A DNA stretch of 25,871 nucleotides, from IMG/VR virus record IMGVR_UViG_3300005404_000026, positions 1 to 25,871 of that record; one strand, 5' to 3'. Below, in pieces: positions 1-7,899 of this stretch. This DNA is from a virus. Its lineage: Duplodnaviria > Caudoviricetes. The notes under the pieces were generated by a model. It was not told where the DNA came from, searched no databases, and saw nothing but the letters and a program-made list of their open reading frames with translations. A program made the translations under genes and the position numbers. The first letter of the stretch is position 1. Each line of letters starts with the position of its first letter.

Positions 1-807
1 CCAGATTATGTTCAATTCGCAAACAACATGAAGCAAGTTTACAACGACTACGAAAAAGCAGTACCACAAGACTATAGAGGATACTTTAAAGGTGACTTAC
101 TATACTTTGATACTCCGCAAGTTGTTGAACAAAATTATGTATTCAAACCAAACATAGTAGAGTATGCAGTTGATATTAATAGTGATTTAGGAAAAAAGAT
201 TGGCAAGTCTAAAACAGGCGTTGTTATACATAGACAAGTAGATGCAGATGGAAATGAATCTCCGTTACAAGATCCAGACATATTCATAGGTAATAGAGTT
301 TTAGTTGTACCTCCAGTGTCAGTAGAACAAGCCCCAGAACCAGATCTTCCAGAGCTAGATAGATTAGCACAAATAATTAAAAAAGATTCTTCAGCTATAG
401 ATAGTTTACTTAATCCTGATACACTAAGAGCAATGAAAGTAACAGACTTTCCTGATATACTTTATACATACACAAACAGTAAAGTAGATACTGGACTTGA
501 AAACTTAGGTAGAGATTTTGTTAAATGGTTAGGTGCTAGTAAAGTTAGTAGAATAAAGCAACAAAAGATTATAGAATATATTAAACAGAACATGCAGGCA
601 TTTACAAGTTTATGGGAAGTTGTAAATGGAATCATGAAAGTTAAAAATGGAATCATTAACCAGCTTGATAGTAATGGCGGATCAGTTAAAGCTAGAACCG
701 CAGGACAAGAAGGTGGTGAAGGTTACGTTCTTGCACACCCTGGTGGGGACGTAAAACTAGTAAACAGAGCAGGGTTTTCAGCCGCGAACAGAGCAGTACA
801 ACGATAG
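1..807 (+). CDS. Conserved large-phage protein, DUF6267-like (5'-truncated by window edge)
   Basis: Frame open from base 1; motifs FKGDLLY, FKPNIVEY, SKTGVVIH, GEGYV, KLVNRAGFSAAN recalled from a family common in T4-like phages. Confidence 0.55.
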   Translation, partial: PDYVQFANNMKQVYNDYEKAVPQDYRGYFKGDLLYFDTPQVVEQNYVFKPNIVEYAVDINSDLGKKIGKSKTGVVIHRQVDADGNESPLQDPDIFIGNRVLVVPPVSVEQAPEPDLPELDRLAQIIKKDSSAIDSLLNPDTLRAMKVTDFPDILYTYTNSKVDTGLENLGRDFVKWLGASKVSRIKQQKIIEYIKQNMQAFTSLWEVVNGIMKVKNGIINQLDSNGGSVKARTAGQEGGEGYVLAHPGGDVKLVNRAGFSAANRAVQR

Positions 808-816
808 GAGAATGCT

Positions 817-1224
817 ATGAGAATAACTGATATGCTTAATGAAGATGAGTTTAACACAATAAGAACTGACCTTCATGATGCCGATTGGGAACAACCAAAA
901 AGCGTCTACGATATGACAGACGAACAAAAAAGATTAGTACAAATAGGACAAAGAATTAAGGCCGCATTAAGCCCTAAAACAGGTGATGTTAAATGGGATT
1001 CAGATGAAGAATGGCTAGATGCAATGAAACTTTCTGAAGTTTTAATTGACGCAGGAAAAAATGATAAAGATCTTGGGCCAATGATTAAAGCAAGTGGAAT
1101 TGATGTTGAAAGAGCAAAAAGTATTATTGAAAAAGTCAAAAAAGGCAACGTTGATATTACTAAACACACAGACGGCGACCATGATGGCGTTGACAAGTTA
1201 GCTAAAGCAGTAGCAGACGCATAA
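817..1224 (+). CDS. Hypothetical, putative internal head protein
   Basis: SD AGGAG upstream; N-terminus MRITDMLNE resembles a capsid-targeting/protease-cleavage leader. Confidence 0.6.
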   Translation: MRITDMLNEDEFNTIRTDLHDADWEQPKSVYDMTDEQKRLVQIGQRIKAALSPKTGDVKWDSDEEWLDAMKLSEVLIDAGKNDKDLGPMIKASGIDVERAKSIIEKVKKGNVDITKHTDGDHDGVDKLAKAVADA

Positions 1225-2099
1225 TGGAATTCATTCAAGAGTTACATGAAGCAAGAATGACTCGTAATACTGCGGGTCTTAAAACTCTTACATACACAGA
1301 TTGTTGTGAGAGAACTTACCTCACAATGTTAATTCTTGAAATACTAAGACGTTTTCCACAAACTGCTCCTTATGCTCACGGATATGCAAAAAAGACATCA
1401 GGATACGACAACTATAAACATTTTAGAATAAGTGGTACTGACTTATATAACTTTGTTTACTTTATTGTTGGCGATGACCAAGCACAGGATAAACTTAAAG
1501 ATCCAGGTGCGGCTAAGAAGATAAGAGAACGAACGTTCTTTCCAACAATGGCATTTAACAGATATGTAATTAATCTTAGTAGAGGAATAACTCCAACTTC
1601 AACAGATGGACAATTTTTTATTAAGATGGAAGGCGCATTAAAAATAACTAATGCAGATTACAAGGCTGTAAGAAGAAGTATCTTTAGTTTTAATAGCATA
1701 TCTACAAGAGATAAGAAGAAGGCTGTAACTAGACTTTTACTCGCGGCAAGAGCAAAACTAAGAAACAGTGACTTAATACAATACTTAGAAGAACTGTCCT
1801 CAAGAGCAGACTTAGAAGTATACAAAGTAACAGACCCAGAACCTAAAGTAAGTTTACCTGACATCGACGTAACAGGCAAAGACCTTGCAGGATATAGATA
1901 CCTTGTAGGGTCTAAGAACTTAATGCTTACAAAAAAGTTTTTAGAATTAGCAAAAGACGGCAAAAGTATTCCTAGCCCAATGGTACAAGCATACATTCCT
2001 GCAATATCTATGATAGATAATATAGTAAAAGCAGGCCCGGGATTCGTACAAATGCTAAGAACACTCGAAAATCGAGCCAAAAAAAGCCCTAATAGCTAG
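1224..2099 (+). CDS. Hypothetical virion-associated protein
   Basis: 291-aa ORF, TAATG coupling to the upstream gene, N-terminus MEFIQELHE. Confidence 0.6.
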   Translation: MEFIQELHEARMTRNTAGLKTLTYTDCCERTYLTMLILEILRRFPQTAPYAHGYAKKTSGYDNYKHFRISGTDLYNFVYFIVGDDQAQDKLKDPGAAKKIRERTFFPTMAFNRYVINLSRGITPTSTDGQFFIKMEGALKITNADYKAVRRSIFSFNSISTRDKKKAVTRLLLAARAKLRNSDLIQYLEELSSRADLEVYKVTDPEPKVSLPDIDVTGKDLAGYRYLVGSKNLMLTKKFLELAKDGKSIPSPMVQAYIPAISMIDNIVKAGPGFVQMLRTLENRAKKSPNS

Positions 2100-2116
2100 T
2101 AATTTCCTATAATTGG

Positions 2117-2151
2117 TAAATACATATAACAACTTCGTAGAGTAACGAAGT
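2117..2151 (+). promoter_or_regulatory. Late-type promoter TAAATA (2117-2122) plus 5' leader hairpin (ACTTCGT/ACGAAGT, 2132-2151)
   Basis: Intergenic TAAATA resembling T4 late consensus TATAAATA; perfect 7-bp inverted repeat. Confidence 0.6.
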
Positions 2152-2182
2152 ATGTCATTAAGAGAAAATATAGGAGAAAACA

Positions 2183-2527
2183 ATGGCAGGAATAACAAAA
2201 GTAAATCCAACAGCTACTACATTAGGTTATGAAGTAGTTGGTAAAGACGTACAGTTCTTTACAATTGATTACATCAATGCAATCAACGGTTCAGCAGGAC
2301 CAGCTGGTGCACAAAAAGCAGTATTAGATACAATCATGAATACAGCTACAATTTTGTCAGCAGGACCATTAGGTAACTCAAACACAGAACAGACTTTCAT
2401 GACTGAAGGTGCTGACTCAGTTGTAGTTGCTACATTACAAGCGGCTATCAGAGCATTAGGTACAGTTGACTCAGTTGACTTATCAGGCGCTACTGTAAAT
2501 GCTAAAACACTTGTAATTGCTGTATAA
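2183..2527 (+). CDS. Small, probably abundant structural protein (decoration-like)
   Basis: Strong SD AGGAGA, Ala/Thr/Gly/Val-rich, own promoter and terminator. Confidence 0.55.
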   Translation: MAGITKVNPTATTLGYEVVGKDVQFFTIDYINAINGSAGPAGAQKAVLDTIMNTATILSAGPLGNSNTEQTFMTEGADSVVVATLQAAIRALGTVDSVDLSGATVNAKTLVIAV

Positions 2528-2560
2528 TTATAGTAATTAAGTTTTTTACTAAAAACAATT

Positions 2561-2595
2561 AAAGGGCTCATTCACATTGTTTGAGCCCTTTTTTT
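2561..2595 (+). terminator. Rho-independent terminator
   Basis: AAAGGGCTCA...TGAGCCCTTT stem followed by T-run. Confidence 0.85.
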
Positions 2596-2614
2596 ATGAC
2601 CGGTAAATAGATGT

Positions 2615-3046
2615 ATGAAAGTTTATTCTCTCATAGATATAACCGAAACAAAAAGTTATCGATCAAATAGTAAAAATACATTAATGATTGATCAGCAAGC
2701 CAACTTCATGACATTCATACAGACTTTGACGTTAGGTACAAACTTTTTTTACGACAAACCACCCACTTTACAGAAGTTTACAGAAAATAAATTAAAAAAA
2801 ATTGGCTTCGGAACTGCATACAAAGGAAGCCATAACGTATGGTGCCTAGAGTTAAGAGTTGACGAAGGAAGAACGGAGCCTAGTCTTGATATTCTGGAGG
2901 CAGACTTTGATTTAGTACCAGTGATACCTGACCTAAAAGAAACAATACAGATAAATAATAACGTATTTAGAACATCAGATAAAAAGGCAAAAAACATAAT
3001 ATTTGAGCAGGCTGTAGAGGAAAACATTGAACATAATCAGGCATAG
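2615..3046 (+). CDS. Hypothetical phage protein (probably leaderless)
   Basis: 143-aa ORF; TAAATA at 2604-2609 ends 5 nt before the ATG; no SD. Confidence 0.7.
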   Translation: MKVYSLIDITETKSYRSNSKNTLMIDQQANFMTFIQTLTLGTNFFYDKPPTLQKFTENKLKKIGFGTAYKGSHNVWCLELRVDEGRTEPSLDILEADFDLVPVIPDLKETIQINNNVFRTSDKKAKNIIFEQAVEENIEHNQA

Positions 3047-3093
3047 TATACGAGGCCCCTTCCAAGAGAATAAAAGGAACGGAGATATAGATT

Positions 3094-3330
3094 ATGGCAA
3101 GAGCCACAAAATTAGAGCGTGAGAGTTTAGAAGCACATGTCGACTTGTGCGAACAAAGATATATTAATTTAGAAACACGCCTTGAGAAAATTGAGATGAA
3201 GGTGGAGCATATCCACGCTGACATCACCAAAGGGAACTCAGCAATGATGAAAGTAGTTCTAGGTGCAACGGGTACTATTGTAGCTGGTTTACTTTCCACA
3301 ATAGTTGTTCTCTTAATTTCCTTTAACTAA
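3094..3330 (+). CDS. Small coiled-coil protein with C-terminal transmembrane helix (XhlA/holin-like architecture)
   Basis: LEAHVDLCEQRY...LETRLEKIE heptads then hydrophobic VVLGATGTIVAGLLSTIVVLL. Confidence 0.6.
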   Translation: MARATKLERESLEAHVDLCEQRYINLETRLEKIEMKVEHIHADITKGNSAMMKVVLGATGTIVAGLLSTIVVLLISFN

Positions 3331-3354
3331 CCCCCAATAAACATAAATACTGTT

Positions 3355-3639
3355 ATGCTAGTAACAGAAATCATCACCTCAGACCTTAGTGAAAAACAAA
3401 TATGGGGACGTCGCGGCAAAAAGCTAGTACGTAAGTACAGATGCATGGGCGGTAGACGTAAAGGCCGTATTGTTGCTAATATGGCACAATGTTTTGCGGC
3501 TCCTAATATGAAAGCTAGGATGGCAATGAAGAAGACTAGAGCAAGATTAGGTGCTAGAATGGCTAGGAAAGCACGTAGAACTAAACGTACAAATCCAGCT
3601 TCAATTGCACTACGTAGATTAAACAAAAGAGCAAGTTAA
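3355..3639 (+). CDS. Highly basic putative core/DNA-condensing protein (paralog A)
   Basis: Arg/Lys-rich; VRKYRC..G.RKGRIVA....C motif shared with 3978-4298; TAAATA 5 nt upstream. Confidence 0.7.
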   Translation: MLVTEIITSDLSEKQIWGRRGKKLVRKYRCMGGRRKGRIVANMAQCFAAPNMKARMAMKKTRARLGARMARKARRTKRTNPASIALRRLNKRAS

Positions 3640-3800
3640 TGACTAGTAAGAAACAATCTAAATCACGTTTAGAACCAGAAGAATTTAAAAGTCATTTGGA
3701 AAATATTTTATCAATTCCTAAAATGGAAAAGAAAATAGTACCAGAACATCCATACTGTACCAATTGGCCAACAGGAGATAATAAAGATGCTATCAAATAA
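3639..3800 (+). CDS. Hypothetical 53-aa protein (not in ORF track)
   Basis: TAATG coupling; MTSKKQSKSRLEPEEFKSHLENILSIPK...DAIK*. Confidence 0.45.
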   Translation: MTSKKQSKSRLEPEEFKSHLENILSIPKMEKKIVPEHPYCTNWPTGDNKDAIK

Positions 3801-3987
3801 ATGTAAATTACATTTAGAATCAGTTGGAGAAACAGGATTTCAACACATGATAACAGCATTGAAGACAGCAGTGAAGTTACAACTTCTTGTGCCAGCACTT
3901 ATTATTCATAGTGTTGCTCCTAGATTTTTTACTACAACAGCATCTGATGTAATGAAAAGTATTTTAGAGAGTAGAATATGCAAATAG
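3787..3987 (+). CDS. DUF6356-like small protein
   Basis: HLESVGETGFQHM...IHSVAPRFFTTTAS pattern; SD AGGAG upstream. Confidence 0.6.
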   Translation: MLSNKCKLHLESVGETGFQHMITALKTAVKLQLLVPALIIHSVAPRFFTTTASDVMKSILESRICK

Positions 3988-4298
3988 CAGATATAATACC
4001 TGAAGGTGCAGTACAAGTCTTTGGTAGAAACAAAGGCAAAGTTGTAAGAAAATATAGATGTACATCTGGACAGAAAAAAGGACGTATTGTTGCAAAGCCT
4101 ACAACTTGTAGTTCACCTATAAGAGTTTCAAGTAGAATATCTATGAAGAAAGCTAAAGCTAGAAGATCTCCATTAATTAAAATTAAAAGTAGATATACAA
4201 AAAGAATGAGTCCTACTAGTAGACGTTTAACAAGATTAAATAAAACTAGATTAAAGCCAACTAGAAGATCAACTGCAAAACGTAGGAGAATGAAGTGA
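3978..4298 (+). CDS. Highly basic putative core/DNA-condensing protein (paralog B)
   Basis: VVRKYRCTSGQKKGRIVAKPTTC motif; Arg/Lys-rich tail; N-terminus MQIADIIPE. Confidence 0.7.
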   Translation: MQIADIIPEGAVQVFGRNKGKVVRKYRCTSGQKKGRIVAKPTTCSSPIRVSSRISMKKAKARRSPLIKIKSRYTKRMSPTSRRLTRLNKTRLKPTRRSTAKRRRMK

Positions 4299-4705
4299 GA
4301 ATAGATGAAATTATTCCAGTAGTAGCAAGAGTTGCCGCACCAATTGCAGGTAAGATTGTGTCCAGAGTTGGAAACAAAATGGGCAAAGGACCTGCTAAAC
4401 TTCCTAATACAGCAATTAATAGAAAAGCTCAACAAGCAACAAAAATAGCTAGTCAACAATTAGCTACCAAACTACTTAAACCAGGACAAAAGTTAGCTAT
4501 TGGCGGAGCAGAAGTAGTAGTAGATAAAGTCCAAGGAAAAGAAGTAACACTAGCAGATCCAAAAAATAAACAAGGCCCTAAGACAGTATTACAAAAATCA
4601 GATCCTAACATATCTGGAGCAATCCAAGCTATGGCAGGCGCACAAGCACCAGGAGGCGGCGCTAGAACACAACCAGCTCAAGCGGCGGCAGTAAGAAAAG
4701 TATGA
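4295..4705 (+). CDS. Hypothetical basic, putative internal head protein
   Basis: GTGA coupling; N-terminus MRIDEIIP. Confidence 0.6.
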   Translation: MRIDEIIPVVARVAAPIAGKIVSRVGNKMGKGPAKLPNTAINRKAQQATKIASQQLATKLLKPGQKLAIGGAEVVVDKVQGKEVTLADPKNKQGPKTVLQKSDPNISGAIQAMAGAQAPGGGARTQPAQAAAVRKV

Positions 4706-4911
4706 AAATAAACGAGCTTATAACTGAATTTCATATCCAAAGAAGTAATGAAGAACAAGCTGTGCTTGATAAGTGCAAAGAAGCTAGATCATTTGATAGT
4801 TTTCCCGAAAGAGAACGTTCCATATTAGAGACTCTAATACGTAAAGCATTAGTAAGTAAAGTAATAGATGGAAGAACTATAATGGTCATAGCTAATGAGC
4901 TACAACAATAA
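4702..4911 (+). CDS. Hypothetical small protein
   Basis: ATGA coupling; N-terminus MKINELITE. Confidence 0.65.
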   Translation: MKINELITEFHIQRSNEEQAVLDKCKEARSFDSFPERERSILETLIRKALVSKVIDGRTIMVIANELQQ

Positions 4912-5317
4912 TAAAGAACTTACAGAACAATTAGAAGAAATTATAGAAGCTGGATTAGTCGATGTTGCTATTCCTTTTGAAAAAGGTAATAGTATTCGAA
5001 TAAAGCATATGATAATTCGAAAACATCATAACGGCTATAGACTTTTTAATTTAACTACTAATAAGCATGTTTGTACTACGTTTACTAAAACTGCGGCGTT
5101 AGCAATAGCAAAAATGACTGTTGAAAAGACTAATTTTGACCTAAAAGCTGTAATAAAGCTAGATGATACAGTATCAAAGTACTATATGGATGCTTTATAT
5201 GCAAAAAGAGGCATGAAAACAAGTGATAGTCCCCATCATGAAACACAATTCGATATAGCTTACGATAAGGCGTGGACCGCTTTATCGGATATAGAAAGAT
5301 ATATATTTGATAAATAA
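4895..5317 (+). CDS. Hypothetical phage protein
   Basis: 140-aa ORF in the operon chain. Confidence 0.65.
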   Translation: MSYNNNKELTEQLEEIIEAGLVDVAIPFEKGNSIRIKHMIIRKHHNGYRLFNLTTNKHVCTTFTKTAALAIAKMTVEKTNFDLKAVIKLDDTVSKYYMDALYAKRGMKTSDSPHHETQFDIAYDKAWTALSDIERYIFDK

Positions 5318-5348
5318 AAGTAAGGATAGTTAATAAAAGGAATAAACA

Positions 5349-6206
5349 ATGCTAGTAAGAGAATTTTCAACAAAACCTTCAGTCGAGAAACTGAATGAGA
5401 ATCTTTCCAAGCAATTTGGAGAAAAGATCGATGTATCTAAGTTTACAATTGAACAATTAGAAGATGCACGTAACAAAATTAGAACAAAGTTATCACAAGT
5501 AGAACAACACGAAAAATTTGAATCTGTACACAATAGCGATGTATACCAAAAAAATAAATTATTCCTAGACATCCTTAATACTGCTATTGCTGAAAGAGAC
5601 GAAGAAGATGATAAGAAAATGGTTGTGACAAACGCAGACAAAATGTCAAACACTAAGGCATGGCAAAATTATAAAAAAGGCGACAAACGTTACAAAGCCG
5701 CGGCAGACCTTAAAGAAGGTGCAGAAGAAAGTGCGGCACTTACTATGGCCGCTAAGGACATGGTTGATAGAGTCACAGGCTGGATGGAAGACACAGCAGA
5801 AATGCAAACTGAATCTATGCTAGAGATAGGCGATAAAATTAGAGACGAAATGGGTGTTGACCGATCAGAAGAATTTATCGGCGCTGTTAAACCAGCACTC
5901 GAAAGTTTATTCACGTCATTGGAGAGCACCAGAGATGCCTTAACAAGTGGCGTAGCCATTTTGACAGGCGAAGGCGCACCAGCTACAATGGGCGATGAAG
6001 TTCCTGGAGACGATGCAGAAATGGATATGGAGCCAATCGACGGCGAAGAACCAGGAATGGAACCAAGCGACCCAGAAGGCGACGAGTTTGGCACTTCAGG
6101 TGCTTCCGCAGGAGGCGATGAAATGTCCGACAGGGGCAAACGCGAGAGCGTTGAATTAAGTAAAAGATTAGGTTTGCTCTTAGCAGACTCAAAAAAAAAG
6201 GACTAG
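5349..6206 (+). CDS. Acidic coiled-coil protein, putative prohead scaffold/core component
   Basis: TAAATA 5311-5316, SD AAGGA; helical, acidic low-complexity C-terminal third; several (L/I)xE sites; ends in A9G run. Confidence 0.6.
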   Translation: MLVREFSTKPSVEKLNENLSKQFGEKIDVSKFTIEQLEDARNKIRTKLSQVEQHEKFESVHNSDVYQKNKLFLDILNTAIAERDEEDDKKMVVTNADKMSNTKAWQNYKKGDKRYKAAADLKEGAEESAALTMAAKDMVDRVTGWMEDTAEMQTESMLEIGDKIRDEMGVDRSEEFIGAVKPALESLFTSLESTRDALTSGVAILTGEGAPATMGDEVPGDDAEMDMEPIDGEEPGMEPSDPEGDEFGTSGASAGGDEMSDRGKRESVELSKRLGLLLADSKKKD

Positions 6207-6517
6207 AGGAAGCCAACGCAACTTCTACTAATACCAGAGATGGTTTAGCCCAAATACTTCACTTAAAACTTAACCAAGGCGCAACTAGAGTAAGTTGGGA
6301 CGATTTAAATAGTTTTCTAGACAACGTAGGCAGTGAACACTTTGATCAACAGAGTTTTGTACAGGCATACAACAACGACAAAAGAATTCAAGATTTAGTT
6401 GACAGTTTTGACGAAAATGGTGTTGTATTAAAAGGTGGAGAAGCACCACAATCAGAACCAGAAGACAAAACTGTCGACAAAATGGCTTCTAGAGCTTCCA
6501 AAAAATTCAACTCATAA
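6200..6517 (+). CDS. Start-less 105-codon ORF in the -1 frame: probable frameshift extension of 5349-6206
   Basis: Open from 6164 to TAA 6515-6517 with no ATG/GTG/TTG until near its end; GLEEANATSTN...VSWDDLNSFL...KMASRASKKFNS*; entered at A_AAA_AAG. Confidence 0.7.
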   Translation, partial: GLEEANATSTNTRDGLAQILHLKLNQGATRVSWDDLNSFLDNVGSEHFDQQSFVQAYNNDKRIQDLVDSFDENGVVLKGGEAPQSEPEDKTVDKMASRASKKFNS

Positions 6518-6523
6518 AAACAC

Positions 6524-6552
6524 TTGACATCTATTAAATAATACTATATAAT
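6524..6552 (+). promoter_or_regulatory. Sigma70-type promoter
   Basis: TTGACA-N17-TATAAT exact consensus with upstream A-tract. Confidence 0.85.
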
Positions 6553-6569
6553 AGTACTAGGAGTAATAT

Positions 6570-6926
6570 ATGTCAGAAGAAAATAGATCTGAAGAAGAAA
6601 TAATCAAAAAAATCAAAGAATTAATAGAAACAAATGTCAAGCCAGCAGTTGCAGGCCATGGCGGTGTTATTGACTTTGTTGATTATAACGACGGACATTT
6701 AAAACTTATTCTAGGCGGCGCCTGTAGTGGTTGTGCAAGTAGCACTATCACATTAAAAATGGGTGTTGAAAATATGATAAAACACTACGTACCTGAAGTA
6801 CATACTGTCTCAGCAGAAGATGATCCAAACTCAACGGTAGATCCTTACTATGCAATGGATCCGTTTATGGAAAACTTTGACAAGTATGAAAGTTGGAATA
6901 CTGATGAGTCTACTAAGAAAGAATAA
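6570..6926 (+). CDS. nfuA: NifU C-terminal / NfuA-like Fe-S cluster carrier
   Basis: VKPAVAGHGG...LGGACSGCASSTITLKMGVENMIKHYVPEV. Confidence 0.85.
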   Translation: MSEENRSEEEIIKKIKELIETNVKPAVAGHGGVIDFVDYNDGHLKLILGGACSGCASSTITLKMGVENMIKHYVPEVHTVSAEDDPNSTVDPYYAMDPFMENFDKYESWNTDESTKKE

Positions 6927-7503
6927 TGATATTGAGTTTTATGCTGTTCCAAACCAACATTGGATAATCTCAGCTGAATATCCGTTCTATAAAGATTTAG
7001 AAAAACTTTTCGATTTTACTAATGAAGACATTAGTAAAGGCTCCTGCACGGTTAGAGGTTTACAAAAACCCATTAAAGATAATGAATGGGAAAAAGAAAG
7101 AGCTGAATATAAAAAATGGTTCTTGTCTATTTTTAAACAAATAGATATGCCTTTAACAAAAATACACGACAGAGAAAACGAATCAGAACACAAAGCCTGG
7201 ACTATAAATTATTTTCCAGGTGGTTGGCAAGCTGGACACTTTCATTCAACAAAGAAACACGATCAATCAAATAAAAGATTTGCATCTAGTGTAATCTTCT
7301 TTGATGAACTAAAGCCAACAAAAAAGAATCCTTACAATGGTTGTTTGTATACCGTATTACAAGATCCTAACGGATATAGTTATGACCACAAGTTTCATCC
7401 TACTCCTGGTAAAGTAGTTGTATTTGATGATAGAGTATGGCATGGATCATATCCTTGCGAAGATAACCGAAGATGTTTAGTATGGGACTTTGACATAGAA
7501 TGA
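6904..7503 (+). CDS. 2OG-Fe(II) oxygenase superfamily protein
   Basis: WTINYFPGGWQAGHFH ... P.PGKVVVFD..VWHG..P...RR: HxH/H facial triad and Arg; start chosen at ATG 6904. Confidence 0.75.
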   Translation: MSLLRKNNDIEFYAVPNQHWIISAEYPFYKDLEKLFDFTNEDISKGSCTVRGLQKPIKDNEWEKERAEYKKWFLSIFKQIDMPLTKIHDRENESEHKAWTINYFPGGWQAGHFHSTKKHDQSNKRFASSVIFFDELKPTKKNPYNGCLYTVLQDPNGYSYDHKFHPTPGKVVVFDDRVWHGSYPCEDNRRCLVWDFDIE

Positions 7504-7658
7504 ATTGTTGGCATTGTAACACTGAATTAATATGGGGTGGTGACCATGACGTTGAAGATAAAGAAGAATATGATATAGTAAGTAATCTTTCGTGTCCAAC
7601 GTGTAATTCAGTAGTTTATGTCTATCACTACTGCGGAGAAGATGCCGATGAAGATTAG
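7500..7658 (+). CDS. 52-aa zinc-ribbon protein (not in ORF track)
   Basis: ATGA coupling; MNCWHCNTELIWGGDHD...NLSCPTC, two CxxC pairs. Confidence 0.75.
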   Translation: MNCWHCNTELIWGGDHDVEDKEEYDIVSNLSCPTCNSVVYVYHYCGEDADED

Positions 7659-7899
7659 ATTTTATCAAAATTTAAATGGTGCAAGATGGGTCGGATTTCT
7701 GATAGCCATCATAAGCTGTTTTATTTTATCGAATGCGAACGTCGAAACACAATGGATAGGCTGGGCCATTGGTTGTGTATCGTGTTCCATGTGGGTATAC
7801 TTTGGATTCAAAGACAAAGATACGCCACGAGCTTTAATGGAAGTAATGTATCTACTAATTTCTATGAGAGCTCTATATAACTGGATTATAGGATACTAA
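7648..7899 (+). CDS. Small three-helix membrane protein (PnuC/SemiSWEET-like half transporter possible)
   Basis: Three hydrophobic segments, ends LYNW; SD GGAG at 7635; start may be 7642. Confidence 0.5.
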   Translation: MKIRFYQNLNGARWVGFLIAIISCFILSNANVETQWIGWAIGCVSCSMWVYFGFKDKDTPRALMEVMYLLISMRALYNWIIGY

